Shown here in pieces: positions 12,921 to 25,587 of a stretch of DNA of 64,000 nucleotides (the stretch's first letter is position 1; each line of letters begins with the position of its first letter). Made by a program: the position numbers and the translations under genes. The DNA comes from Squalus acanthias. Lineage: Eukaryota. Location of the stretch: positions 112,654,001 to 112,718,000 of the forward strand of contig CM059431.1 of assembly GCA_030390025.1 (NCBI GenBank), in the 5' to 3' direction. Below the pieces are notes generated by a model. It ran no database searches and was not told the origin of the DNA. It was given only the letters and a program-made list of their open reading frames with translations.

Positions 12921-13293
12921 CCAGAAATAAAACCAGTTGAAAATAAGAAACACAACCAAGAGCTCCCACTGAATTTAAGGTTAGAGTTCAGTCTAATCAT
13001 CCTAAACTGCAGTCGTGAAGCTCAAGCAGTTTACACCCTGACTGAATCAGTCTTGAAACCTATTGCCAATTACTAATCTACAAAGATCTAAAACTGATTA
13101 ATTGTTGCTATACACGAAATGAATAACAATTTGCTGTTTTTCTCATTTAAAATTCAGCAGCCTTTTGAATTGAATCCTAAAAACCAAGGTGTACGAATGT
13201 GACTACACTGTGCAGATAAATAAAAACAAATATACTTATGCTGTAGATACTTTTGGTCTTTTTAACTGATTGACTAACAAATAAGTTAGTTAC

Positions 13294-14925
13294 CTGGATG
13301 AACTTGTCTCATGTGATACGTTACGGGATATTGATGAGATTCACCACACAGCTCACATATAGTGTCTTTCTCAGGGCCTCCCATTGCAAGCTGTGCCATT
13401 TCGCCAAAGAGGTTTCCTCTAGGTCTTGCCTCTGCTTTGTCTTTTTTCTTCTTTTCTTTCTTACTCTTTTTGCTATCTTTTTCATTCTCTTTCTTCTTCA
13501 ATATAGCACTTGAACCAGGGCTAGGAAAGATCATGTTCTGAGTGGCTGCTTTTATGGTTGCCATTGAGATATCCTCCCAAAAGGCAACAAGGTGTTGCAA
13601 AGTAAGAGGCAAAGGAGACCTACTCTTCATAGAATGATGGCTCGAAAGTTCATAGGCTGTTGAATCTACCTTTCCATCTTCATTTTTCTCAGGCAGTGGG
13701 GGTTCTTTCAGCATTGAGAGCACCTTATTTTTATTAATGCTGCCCATTTTAGATATGTCTGGGCCATGAGGAGAAATATTAAACATATTTAGAGCAGATG
13801 ATATTTCCAATGAATGCCTATTCTTTAGCTTAATCTCTCTTTCCTCTAGACCTTGTTGGCTGTGAAGGTTGCTTCTCATTGGTGCATGTTCTTTACTGAG
13901 GTCAGGATTGAACTTCAAGAAAGATGAACATGCCATTGCATCGTGGACAATCCCTTCATGCCATAAGAAAGCTGCAAACACTGCACGAGCACATTCTGCG
14001 ACAGAAGGAGACATTGCTTGTTTCGGTGGCTCAACAGCTGAATTACTCTCCTCCTTGAAAATGGTTCCCATTTTTTCCTTCTTGGGTCTAGTGTGCCTGC
14101 CAGTACTCTTACGACTCATCTTGGGGGACGATCTAGTTTCTTGTTCTTCTTTGGGTGGGGCTTTTCCAATGCTGAAATGGACCTTTGGAGAGGAGTCTTC
14201 AGGGTTTTGCATTTCAGCTATTTTTTCAGAGACTGTATCTGAATTACTGGTTGTTGTTAGAGTACTTGATGTACAAATAGCAACTATCTCACTGTGGAGA
14301 TTTTCTTGCACTACCTGTGGCGACGGCGCTCTGTTTTCTGTGTTGGCGGCAGTTTTTGCCTCCTTGGGCAGTAATTTTGGTTTAGGTGAAGTTGACCGCC
14401 CTCGCAGAGGCTCAGTCAGAGGAACTTTTTTCTTACGAACTGTATCAGGGTCCAAAGTATACGAATCAGATTTTGATCTCTCCCGTGGTGGATCCAATCT
14501 AATTTTTGCAGCTGAGTTGGCTTTATGAGTTAAATTTCTCTCATGTGGAGAAGATGGCCTTGGAGAATTAGGACTTGCTGGGCTCCCTTTCCCAGATGAT
14601 CCCTTCTGCTTTGGCAATGCTGACCGTGACCCTGGTGTTGGTGACTCTGCCCTCAGTCCAGCAGTGGTCTTCTCATCTGTTTTTAGTGACTGTAATGTGT
14701 TATGATTTGGGGAAAGGGATCTACTATGAGAGTCTGATCTCAATTTGGCAGCATCTGATTTAAGCATAAGAGATTCACTTGCAGACAGATTTTCTGCATT
14801 TTTTGTCTTTGTTTGTTCTGCAGCAGCCTTGCTGATTCGACCTTCAATTTTTTGCAATCGATTTTCACTTTTGTGTTTGCAGGACAAATCAAAGTTTCCA
14901 GATACTACAATGTTTCCTTTATCAC
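13294..14925 (-). CDS. MYCBP2: MYCBP2 large Ser/Pro-rich exon (1632 bp, 1-1)
   Basis: Contains the 533-aa ORF; KSDAAKLRSDSHSRSLSPNHNTLQ, AMSPSVAECARAVFAAFLWHEGIVHDAMAC, CELCGESHQYPVTYHMRQVHP. Confidence 0.98.
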
Positions 14926-15514
14926 CTGAAAATCATTTTGGAGAAACAGTCATTCACTACTTTACCTTTAGAACAAAAACAGCCTATTTCAATATATACC
15001 CCATTGTCCAGCTGCAAAGGTAGATGGAATTCCAGTAATACTCTTTAAATATGGTATTTTTAACAAGTAAATTTAATGCATAGGTAGCTTCCCTCCTTTC
15101 CTATAAGTTTTTTTTAGGCAAAACATAGAAGGAAGGAGTTTAAATACTTTATCTTAGCGTGAACATTAAAAAAAAAACTGGTTTGGAAACTGCAGTCCTG
15201 GCCAAGCACACGGCAGTACTGAGCCCAAATATCCTATAAATAACTTTCAACTGAGATTAGATTAGAGCCTTTGTGGACTTTAGCTGTTTGAGCCATGGAT
15301 TTGTCACTGTCCACTAACGAGCATTAGTATCACTGCATAATACAATTCACATTCACATGCCTTGTAACATTGACGAGCAAGGGAGTGATTTTTTTTATTT
15401 TCTGTTTTATTTTATAAAAACGTGACTGAAAATACTTCAGATAAATAGCTGTTCTTTTGGTGCAAGACGACATTAGCAAAGGAACACCACTAAAGGGGTG
15501 TGGTGATCATTAAC

Positions 15515-15575
15515 AAAGAAAGACTTGCATTTATATGGCGCCTTTCACGACCTCAGGACGTCCCAAAGCGCATTA
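15515..15575 (-). mobile_element. SacSINE1/L2 3' tail
   Basis: aaagacttgcatttatatggcgcctttcacgacctcaggacgtcccaaagcg is the reverse complement of the 57115-57170 tail. Confidence 0.75.
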
Positions 15576-16485
15576 TAATGGAAAAAATAAATCACCAAAG
15601 CTACTTCTGTGAATTCTAAGCAGATTATCATGCTGGTTGATAGTCCAAAAAAAGTCAGAACAACATTTGCATCACTGGCAAATATATTTTTTCAAATACT
15701 ACTCTTTCCATATCATTTCCAAATAAACCCAATCACACAATTGCAGTTTGATTTTCCTTTGCAATGTTACCCAGAACACTTTGGGCATTTAAAAAAAATG
15801 AACACAGGCAGAACAAACATTTTTTAAAGTCGAAGGTGAAAACTACATCAAGCAGTCCTCTCTTTTCTCCCTCTTGATCTTTGAAAACAAACATTGAATG
15901 AAGCTCTGCTTTTGATTAAAAGTTTCATAACTAAAGTCCTCATTTTGTATAACTTTACATAAAAGAACCAAATTGCCATGGTTAGGCTATTGTAATATTG
16001 GTATTCCATAACTAGCTTACAAAATGGGTAAGTAGGTCTGCAACTTTAATTGTAGAAGAAAAAAGGATTTTGCAGTATAAAATACCATATTTAAGCCTTC
16101 AATAACTGCAGCTTATTGAAAAAGCCATCATTGGCTTGCCACAAGACTTTTCCAAGAGATAATTAATAGCTTTGTTCACAAACTCCAAAACAACTTTTAA
16201 ATCTAGAACCCCACCCTCCAGAGCTTTGAAAATACTGTTCATTTCTGCAATACAAACTAGGGAAAATTTTAGTTTCAAAAGTATTAGCAGGGACCAGTAT
16301 AAGAAGCAATAAATAATTTTATATTGTAAAGTTATCAAAACATTGGTCACTGAATGTGCAAAAAAGTAAAAGAAACAAATTTCAACATGAATCTATAAGC
16401 AAGAGCAAAAGCAGCACTGTTATCCTCTGCAGGAGTCCAATGTTCATATAATCAGATCTTTAAAATTCACTGCATGCATACCCAC

Positions 16486-16587
16486 CCTTTGACTTCAGAG
16501 ATACAGAGCAGACACCTGACCCAGGCCCTGCGGAACTATTACTTTTGAATGAGCGCTCACGTGAAGCAAGGCTGCGTGATGAAGTGT
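16486..16587 (-). CDS. MYCBP2: MYCBP2 cassette exon (102 bp, 1-1)
   Basis: ctgtag acceptor, AGG/GTGGGT donor; TSSRSLASRERSFKSNSSAGPGSGVCSVSLKSK resembles mammalian SPSRNLASRERIYKNYGVAGP (from memory). Confidence 0.85.
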
Positions 16588-17048
16588 CTACAGAGGAAGA
16601 CAGTGGCAGATAAGCAGCAGAGATTCAATGACAGAAACGCTACAGCAGCAAGAATAAGCAAAGAAGCTGTTTACAGATATATTTACATGTAAAGCACAGA
16701 CTTAGTCAGCTGTATGCTTGCAAAAGAACTAAAACTTGAAGTTTTGTTTCTGATTTTAATTCTGACAATTCACCACATTTTGGCATTTTGTCAGTGCTAA
16801 TGCAATGGAACCAAATATTTTTCTTTGTTGTATTTTTTTTTTAATCTTTGAAAATAATGAGCATCCCAGCCTGCACAAGTTACCATCAAGTAACATAACA
16901 CTGTAAAATCTGCATCAAAAGACATGCTTAAAATTCATGTATAAAATTAATTTACTACAGTACTCTACTGATGGAAGAGGGTATATAGAACTACAACAGT
17001 AAAGCCACAGGATGGAATATGTTAGGCAGGTGAGACAGACAGACTTAC

Positions 17049-17210
17049 TCAGAAGCTGTGGTTGAGACTGCGGCAAGGAAAGGGGCTGTCCAAACACAAA
17101 TGGGCTGTGAACAAGGGAAGAGGAAGGCTTTGCAGCTTGACCAAAGACGCTAGAAGCTGGGAGGAAAGGCGGTGACTGAATGGCATTCAGTATGGCACTC
17201 AGCTGGTCAC
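17049..17210 (-). CDS. MYCBP2: MYCBP2 cassette exon (162 bp, 1-1)
   Basis: DQLSAILNAIQSPPFLPASSVFGQAAKPSSSLVHSPFVFGQPLS; matches a mammalian alternative exon from memory. Confidence 0.92.
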
Positions 17211-18180
17211 CTGTAGCAGGCAAAATTATGTAAGACTATGTTTGGTTCCTTCACTCCCTCAATTGATACCTTCCAATGATATTATATTGGCATGAAAGTC
17301 TGAGGAACATGAATCTGGGGTACACAGCCTATTATATTTTTCATGCCACCACAGTTATCCAGCAAGTTAAAAACACATGTAGTGGATGAATCAAGACCTG
17401 TAATCTGTTCTTAATTGTTGTTGAACTGCTTTTAAAGCATTTAGGAGACAATTCTTTATGACTAGGATATGTGGGCAATCATTTCTAAAATCTAAGAGAT
17501 TACGTTGTAGTAATTAATAATGTAATTCCCATAAATCTGGAAGACTACCATTCCAAATATATACGCTCACAAGTAGTAACATTTTGGACCTCAATTACTA
17601 TCTCTGAACTTTGTGTCTTGAAACTTTTCTACTGGATAAAAGCCAGCATGGATTCTACTCTATTGGGGTGAAAATAACAGGAGCAAACAACCAAGTGTAC
17701 CTGGCCTAAAGGATCTTTCTTCGAGCTCACAAACAGAACTTATGCACATCTACCATCAAAAGTACTACTGTAAGAGTTCATTCTGCCGTGGGAAAATTCT
17801 CAAGCGTTAGGGTGATTTCAATGAAAGACAAAGGCTAATCTTTCCCAAGTCTCCTTGGTAGCTATTTTCTTTACAAGGATCTGCTTTGTTTGCTAAGTCT
17901 CAGATGTGATTCCCTCTCTGACTATCCTGCTAATACCAGGGGAGTAGTGATTGTTGGGCGAAAGACAGCTTCTTTCAAGGTCCTTGCTATTCTTCTGTCT
18001 GGCTCTCTTTGAGGGCTCCCTACATGACTTAGAGTTCTTGATATTCTTGTGCTGAGAAGGAGCTGGATTCACTGATGCATTTCAATCAATACCATCCTGT
18101 CTTTTAAAGTCACTTTCCAGTGCTTTAAGCATTCATGACAATCCTTGCTGAATAGTGCGCAACAAACTATGTTCGTATCA

Positions 18181-18630
18181 GCTTGGCTCAGCTGTGGCAC
18201 TCTCATCCAAGTCAGAGGCTGTAGGTTCAAGCCCCACTCCAGGACTTGAGCACATGATCTTAGCTGACACATTGATGGCGGTACTAAAGGAGTGCTGCAT
18301 TGTAGGAGGGCGTGTCATTCAAATCAAACACTAAAACAAGACTCCGCCTGCCTTATCAGGTGGATGCAAGATATTCCATGGCACCTTTTTTGAAGGAGGA
18401 GGAGCATGGCATTCTCTGGTGCCCCAGCCAACATTCATCCCTCAACCAACACCACCAGAACAGATTAACTGATTGTTCATCTCAATCCTGCTCGTGAGAC
18501 CTTGTTATACACAACTTGGCTGCTTTGCTTGCCTACAAACAAGTGACAGCACTTCAAAACTAATTAGTTGGCTGTGAAGTGCTTTGGGATGTCACAATGT
18601 GACAGGTGCTAGTTAAATAAAAATACTTTT
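18181..18630 (+). mobile_element. SacSINE1-like Deu-SINE, full length
   Basis: tRNA A/B boxes (tggctcag, ggttcaagcc), Deu-domain-like core, L2-type tail gctttgggatg. Confidence 0.82.
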
Positions 18631-21503
18631 GCTTTTTAGGCATCTCTTGAGACTGTATGCTGGCAGAAATGCAAGCACTTACTTTTCTTGTCATTTATTA
18701 GTGGGGCCTATACTAAGATTGACATGTTTTGAATTGTATTATCTAAAGTCAATGAAGCAAACTGCAAATTTTTGACCAATGCAGCACCCCAGACCTTGGT
18801 TGACAAACAATACAAAAATAACCATGCTTGAACACAGGAAATTGATGACTGATCCAAAGCCTTTCCAAACTTTTGATGAAAACTGTAGTAAGAGAATTTA
18901 ACCACAGGAGAGCCAAATTAAAATACGCAGAATATCTATTTTGCAGGGTGCCAACAACTGAATCAGAAGAAATGTATACTTCAATCTGTGCTCCAAAAGG
19001 TTGACAGGGATTTGACTAGTGATCTCCAATCTGTAGAACTCAGCTTTTTTTTTTACTCCCAAGGCTGTCACCTCTATGCCCAAGTCTAATCTGTCACCGA
19101 AATTCCAACAGTCAGTTTTGTATCTACTTGGAGAAAACGTTTCACCACAGAGGTTTCAAGAACCTTCTGTCAGATATTACATTAATGGTTGACAATTATT
19201 TCCAGGGCACATGGGTCCACACTCTCAACCTCTCAGAGAGGAACACCATTCTGAAATTAGAATCAACCTGCTGGAAAGGACAATGCCCAGAGATGCTAGA
19301 AAACAGGCACCTATAAAACATAAGGCCATGTTGCAGCCTCAACAGAGATTGCCACAAATTGTTGAGAAATGCATTACTCAAACATGGCGAAAACCTAGTC
19401 GCTGAAATGTGGTCCCTGCCGTGTCTTGAGGAGCATAGATGAGGATAGACACAAATGGACAGCTACCACATAAAGGCATTCCCTGTTCATAACTTGGAGG
19501 TAAAAATTGGTTGTTTCATAGAGATTGTACACAAATCATGCATTTTAGAATTTCCTAAGCCGCTGGTAAATTGCAAAAATTGAAGCAACTATCCTTGAGG
19601 TTATATTCTGACAAGCACAATCTTCAGTCAAACTTCCTGAAGAATTTGAAGCAAAGGTTATTTGTACTTTAAGAGAAGCACCAAGTAGGTGGAAGTACAG
19701 GATTGGACAGAGTACCTCAGGACTACTTTTGGACAATAAAAGACCAGGAATAAAATCTCCTTTCTTGGCATATTTGAAACTCCTTTACAGCACCAAAGGA
19801 AAGCCAGCTGTTCAACAACCTTGGTTCAGCTTACAAAATGACTCCAGTGTAGGGCTTCCTGAGCAATGTAAATGGACGGATTACTTGGAGAATCCCTGCT
19901 AGATGTAGATGTAACTGGAACCTTGATTCCCTAGCCCAAGCACTGGCTGCGATATACCTCCACAGATGCTTAAAAAAAGACTGGGTCCTTTGAGAGTTCA
20001 AGGAATAGCATCACTGCTGGGTGGCTATAGGAGATGCGCTTGTAAAATATTTGTTCACAAATCTTTATGGTTAAATCCTGACTTATAAGTGCCTGAACTC
20101 TTCGTAGAGTGCCTTGTGGCCCCAAAAGAACAGATGGTTTAGACAATTATCAATGAGCATTACCCATTCCCCCTCCACCCATTGTCATTTGGAGGAAACT
20201 TCAAGAGATGTGACTGGTGGCAATTATACAGAATCTGCAACTTGAACTTGTTCTCTGGTGTGCAAAGTACTTATCCTAGACAAGTGCTTTGCCATGCTTC
20301 TGCTGATTAAGGAGGATGACTGAAAAGTCATAACAGAGAGACATGAAGCATTTCAGAAGGTGGTGTACAGAGACTGTGTACTTTGGCTGTGAGAGGATCT
20401 ATTAGGCTGGTCTTTACTACAAACCCCTTGTACTTACTGGTACACAAGGAAGGAGGTTGGTGCGAAAGAGGCCCCTCCTCCTCCACTCCCAAAAAAGAAC
20501 TCAAACAGGCATTTTGAGGGATTTGAAAATGTTCAACACCTGGGGAAGATGCCTTGAGACACCTTTGGACCAAATATACATTAGAATTAGAATGTCTGAT
20601 CCAGAATGGGTTTGGCAAATAATGGATGTCCAACTGCTGGATGAAGAAAAACTCTGTAGATAGTGTTTTCTGGCTCCATCAGGGCATTAGCAGCTCTTGG
20701 GTCTCAAACCATACCACACTGGACGAAGTGTGAAACAAAGGCCCACTGTTTCTCTACAAAGAGGAAAGTAGAAAATAAGTATTCCATGTTAACCAGGCAA
20801 CTCTAGGATTCCCTTGCATAGCTCACAGCGGCCAGTTTTAGAGCAGTACTTGGTCTGGAAGTAAGTCAATTAGGTTCTTGTTTGACCAGGAATGGTGCCG
20901 AGATAGTCAAGAACTAGGAAGGGGGAAATAAATCTATGAGAGAACTTAATTTGAAACAGGGCAAAAAGGCAGCGTGCGGAGGTGAAAAATGTTATTAAAT
21001 AATTTGACAGATATTTTACACATGATTGAGGTCATCAAATCTTGTTGAATCCACAACAAGCTTGTTGAATCATGTTGTGCTTAAAATGTTTTCCATAAAT
21101 AGGAGACAAAGATAGAACCTCTGCATTACAGTCCATTCATTTTGCAAGTCAATTAATAGAAAACATTTTAGACAAAGTAATTAGATTTCTAAAATGTACC
21201 ACTATAACCAAGTGAAAATTTGGAATGGATAAGGAATTTCTATTGAGACACAAAATGAATTACACTGCAAGTTACTTAAATTTCAAGCTGAGTTTTGAAC
21301 ATTGTGTTGTACTCGACCAATTTTACAAAGTCGCTGGGTGAATGAAGTTCAACAGATTCCATTGAATTAGCAAGGAAACAAATTTTATTTTGGAAGGAGA
21401 ATGGCAAATGTTACCTTGTTACAGTTGTTAAAAGTAATATTTCTTCCTAGCTTTACTTGAATGCAGAAAAACAAATATATACTCCATAATATACCCCACT
21501 TAC

Positions 21504-21548
21504 CAGGCTCTGTGAAGGACCCTAAATCAAGGTCTGCAGTTACTTCAT
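21504..21548 (-). CDS. MYCBP2: Candidate MYCBP2 45-nt cassette exon (1-1)
   Basis: T-rich tract ending in aaag, CTG/GTAAGT donor, open in phase 1 (DEVTADLDLGSFTEP); no remembered homologue. Confidence 0.6.
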
Positions 21549-23290
21549 CTTTAAAAAAGAAAAATTGAGATATATTTAGCAAAAACCTCGTTAATTCAAC
21601 ATTATTGTCAATTTACTAGTCTTTTAGCTGCTTTAACACAAAATGGAAGCAATGGGGTGAATGAGAAATGATTGAACAAAGCACAAAGCTATGTGACTCA
21701 AAGTACTTGTATGTAAATAAGACACCACTGAATTATCCTCAACATTTGCTTTGAAAATTGCTATGGCATATTTTGAGACACACCCTGAAGGAATGCTCCT
21801 TGATGCCAGTAAATATGGAGCTAGGAAGGCCCTCACTGCAGTTAATTTATTGTTTCAAGAGAAGGGAGAGCAAGATTTCATTTTCAACAGCAATGAACTT
21901 AAGTATTTATCTTTTTAGTGAAACTGGACACAAGAGCTTAGATTTCCTGATTGGCATAACATATTTTAACACCGGTGGTAATTTCAGGTAAGTGATAAGA
22001 CACTTAGGATAAAAACAAGTTTACTAGCTATTAAAGTTAAAAAAGAAAATCTGAACCCAGTGAAAATTTAGGCACCGACGAATAAGTGACAACAGGAATC
22101 CACTTTGATGCCAGCCATAACACACTTCAAATACAAATGATTGTGTACGTTAAATATGGTTGATATTGCGTAGACTCTACTGTACTTAAAGTATACTAGT
22201 AGCATCTGTAAGTAGTCAGTCATTAATTATATCACTCAAAGTCTGTCGGAAGCCTTTCCTGCTTTCCAAACCCCTCACCCCGCAAAAAACGTGGAATGGA
22301 GAGCGCTCTAATCAAAGCATTTTAAGCCCAATTAACCAAACACCTCCTTGAGAATGATTTCTGAAACATACATGCATTTGTAAAGAAATCTTGAACTATA
22401 TTAAAATAATGGAGTTGATCCTTCTTAATACTCCAAAGCTCTTAAGTCCTCTATGATACTGAAAGAATCTTTTGGCTTTTTGTTGGCTGCAATGATGCAA
22501 AGCACCATGTGTAAACGTTCCACCAATTAACTGCTCTGACTTCACATGGTGCTTCAAGGTTTGCAAGTAAGTCAAAGGGCAGCACAGAATGCTACTTTAT
22601 CATTGAGTGGTAGGGTACATGAGGAACTACAAACATACATGCAGCAAGATCTGCAGCCTGATGAGCCAAACAGAGGCATTCTCCAAGAAGAAGAAATGGA
22701 AAAATATTAAACACTTTTGTACACTTAAGATGCCTGGTTGCAGTTACAGAAAGACACCTGTTTACCCAACTGGCCACAAAGGGCTCGATTTTAATAGCCC
22801 TGAGGCGGCGGGTCGGCAGCGAAAATCGGAAAAAATGGCTTCCGACTGCCAAGCCGCCTCCATGCGATTTTCGTGAGTGTCGGGTCAGCCGCTCCCAAAC
22901 TGACCCGACTGGAACCGGTGGGACAGATAATTAAGGCAGTTAATAGCCTGTTAACTGCCTTGCTAATCCTATTTTTATAGTGTTTTCCCATTTTTGTGCT
23001 CCTGGCTCCTGTTTCCCATCTTGTCAGAAACAGGCCTGCTGCAAGGAGATGAGTTGCTGGAGGACATGATTTGTAGTCATTGGTGCAGCACTTTAAAAGT
23101 GCTCCTGTAACATGGCTGACATTCAAATACAACAACTTTGTTGTTGGAGGTTTGGGATAAGATTTTGCAAATCTACTGTGCCTGTTCAAGCTGACAGCCA
23201 TCTGCAGTGTGACCTGATTGGAATAATTTCAGGCCACTTCAACTGCGCGCTTGCAAGCTTTTTGCCTCAAATGAAATCTATAGCAACGGG

Positions 23291-24440
23291 ATGGGAACCA
23301 TTTATATCCTCTTATCCTGGTCGCCAGATTCGGAGGAAGAGCAGCCGCAGCAGCACCACAACCAGCCGCGCCAACCTCCTCTTCACCCACCTGATGACGC
23401 ACAGGGCGGAGGGCCTCAGCGCAGGGCTGCACCTCGCCGCAGGAGATACCCCCAACACAGGGTTTACAGGCTGAGGATCAGCTTCCTCAGCATGACTGAG
23501 CATCAGTGCCAAAGGAGGCTGAGACTTTTGAGCGACGTAGTCGCCGACATCTGCGCAATGCTGCACCAACACCTGGAGCCCAGAGGAGCAGGTGGACACT
23601 CCTTGCCAGTTGCTGTCAAAGTCACCACCGCACTCAACTTCTTTGCTTCGGGCTCCTTCCAGGGATCAGCTGCAGACATCAGCGGCATCTCCCAGTCGGC
23701 TGCACACACCTGCATCACGCAGGTGACTGATGCCCTCTTTGCAAAGGCGCACAATTACATCCACGGATGGCCCAAGTGTGAGGGCGCATGCGGTTGGCTT
23801 TGCCAATATGGCAGGCTTGCCAATGGTGCAGGGCATCATAGACTGCACACATTAGGGCCCCCTATCACAACCCAGCTGTATTGGTCAACGGCAAGGGATT
23901 CCACTCCCTGAACGGCCAGCTGGTGTGTAACCACAGGAAGATCATCATGTATGTTTGCACATAGTACCCTGGCAGTTGCCATGACTCCTTCATCCTGCGC
24001 CAGTCTACTGTGCCTCAGCTATTCCATCCGCCAAACCAACTTTCCAGATGGCTTCTTGGTGACAAGGGCTATCCCCTGAAAAAGCGGCTTATGACACTGA
24101 TGAGGAGGCCACCAAACGATGCTGAGGAGCAGGACAATGTGAGTCACATATCCACCAGAAGCATCATTGAGCAAACCATCGGCTTGCTCAAAATGCGCTT
24201 CCGATGCCTAGACAGATCTGGAGGAGCCTTGCAGTATGCACCAGCCAGGGTGTCCAGAATTGTTGTGGTCTGCTGTGCGCTGCACAACATCGCACAGCAG
24301 CACGGCTTAACAAGTGGCTCAGCACACAGCCTCCGCGGAGGAAGAGGGAGAGGACAAGGAGTGACGCCTTGCGGGGCTGGATGTGGCCAATCCAGCAGCA
24401 GGCGACCACATTGCTGGCCGTCAGGCAAGGGATGCACTCA
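23291..24440 (+). pseudogene. Harbinger (HARBI1-like, DDE_Tnp_4) transposase pseudogene
   Basis: [23 protein letters not shown] (23841), [40 protein letters not shown]; frameshifts and a TAG at 23962. Confidence 0.92.
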
Positions 24441-24657
24441 TCCATGCCAGATTCGCGTAAGCTTACACTTCAACCACAGGTGGCTGGCACATGGAGATGA
24501 ATATAAGTCCGACATTCTCAAAACCCCAGGCATCATCTGTCCAACAAACGGTGGTTTGCGCTTAGTGTCACCACCAACATTCTACATGGAATTCGCCCTG
24601 AGCCCTCACTCTTGAACTTCCATTTCCCAGAACACAGAGGCCACACTTTAGGTGATC

Positions 24658-24867
24658 TCAGATCATTAAACCTTTTGACACTGAACCCATGTACTTCTGC
24701 GCACACACCTCGAACTCACCTCCTCAGCAATTTGCAGCCAAGCTGCCTTGGTTTGCTGAGGAGGCCTCCTCTTTCCGTTTCCAGGGAAGAGGACCTCCTG
24801 ACGTCCTCTAACTCCCTCAAGAGCATGGAGCGAGCCCTCATTGAACCTTAGTTTTTGGGGCTGCCAT
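24658..24867 (-). pseudogene. Harbinger Myb/SANT-like (NAIF1-type) DNA-binding gene remnant
   Basis: Manual translation: LRFNEGSLHAL..RQEVLFPGNGKRRPPQQTKAAWLQIAEEVSSRCVRRSTWVQC.KRFNDL with frameshifts. Confidence 0.82.
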
Positions 24868-25587
24868 TCCTGCAGCAGCCAGCACCTTTAAGAGAAAAAA
24901 CCTAATGCTTCTGGAAAGGGGATATGGCCCCTTTAAATTTTTACTCCAACAACACATCATCAGAGGCGAGAATGACATGCTCCAAGCAATTGCCTGGAGG
25001 GACCCGCACATTGGCCGTAACGAGGCCAATCAAGTAAAATCGTCACTGCTAGGCGGCGGCATCTGGGAGCGGGTCCGAAAGCTGCAGAGCAGCGGGCTCG
25101 CCCTCAACCCGCCTCCATTAATAAAATTGCGACCAAAGATTTTGTTGCGACGGAGGAATTATATATTTTTTTAAATGGATCTCTGAAATGACAGTCAGCT
25201 GGTGGCACAGTAGAAAGGTGAAGAGAAGCAAACTTTAAAAAAACATATTTCAACATGCTTGTCTATTTAACCCATGCGGAGTTCATTTTTCTTAAATCTT
25301 TTAGATTCACACAATGGTGCATCTTTCCTTCCTTCCTGAGTTACAAAGAAAGGGTTTATAGTGGCGAGCACATAAAAGCTATTTCAGAGATTTTGGTATA
25401 TTTGTTTGTTACACAAATGCCTACTGTATTTAATAATTCCAAAATGGGGCAGTACCAGAGATTAAATTCCAAATTTGATTTCTGAACATCCAAATGCTTC
25501 CAATTAGCATAGAAACACTTAAAACAGACAAACCAATTTGGGTAAACCAATTTACCAATTTGGGTAAAATAAACCAAGCTGAAGGTG

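Larger units (their letters stand above)
22781..25134 (+). mobile_element. Decayed PIF/Harbinger DNA transposon
   Basis: TIRs GGGCTCGATTTT / GGTCGCAATTTT, AAA on both flanks, convergent transposase and Myb/SANT remnants. Confidence 0.9.

Noticed and set aside
13869-14528. 219-aa plus-strand ORF
   Set aside because: Antisense shadow of the large MYCBP2 exon
22025-22027. Possible 3-nt microexon (polypyrimidine-ag CTA gtaaac)
   Set aside because: Weak donor; the longer reading hits a stop; unsupported without RNA data
23291-24615. Domesticated HARBI1 gene
   Set aside because: Frameshifts, an internal stop, TIRs and flank duplication show a dead transposon copy
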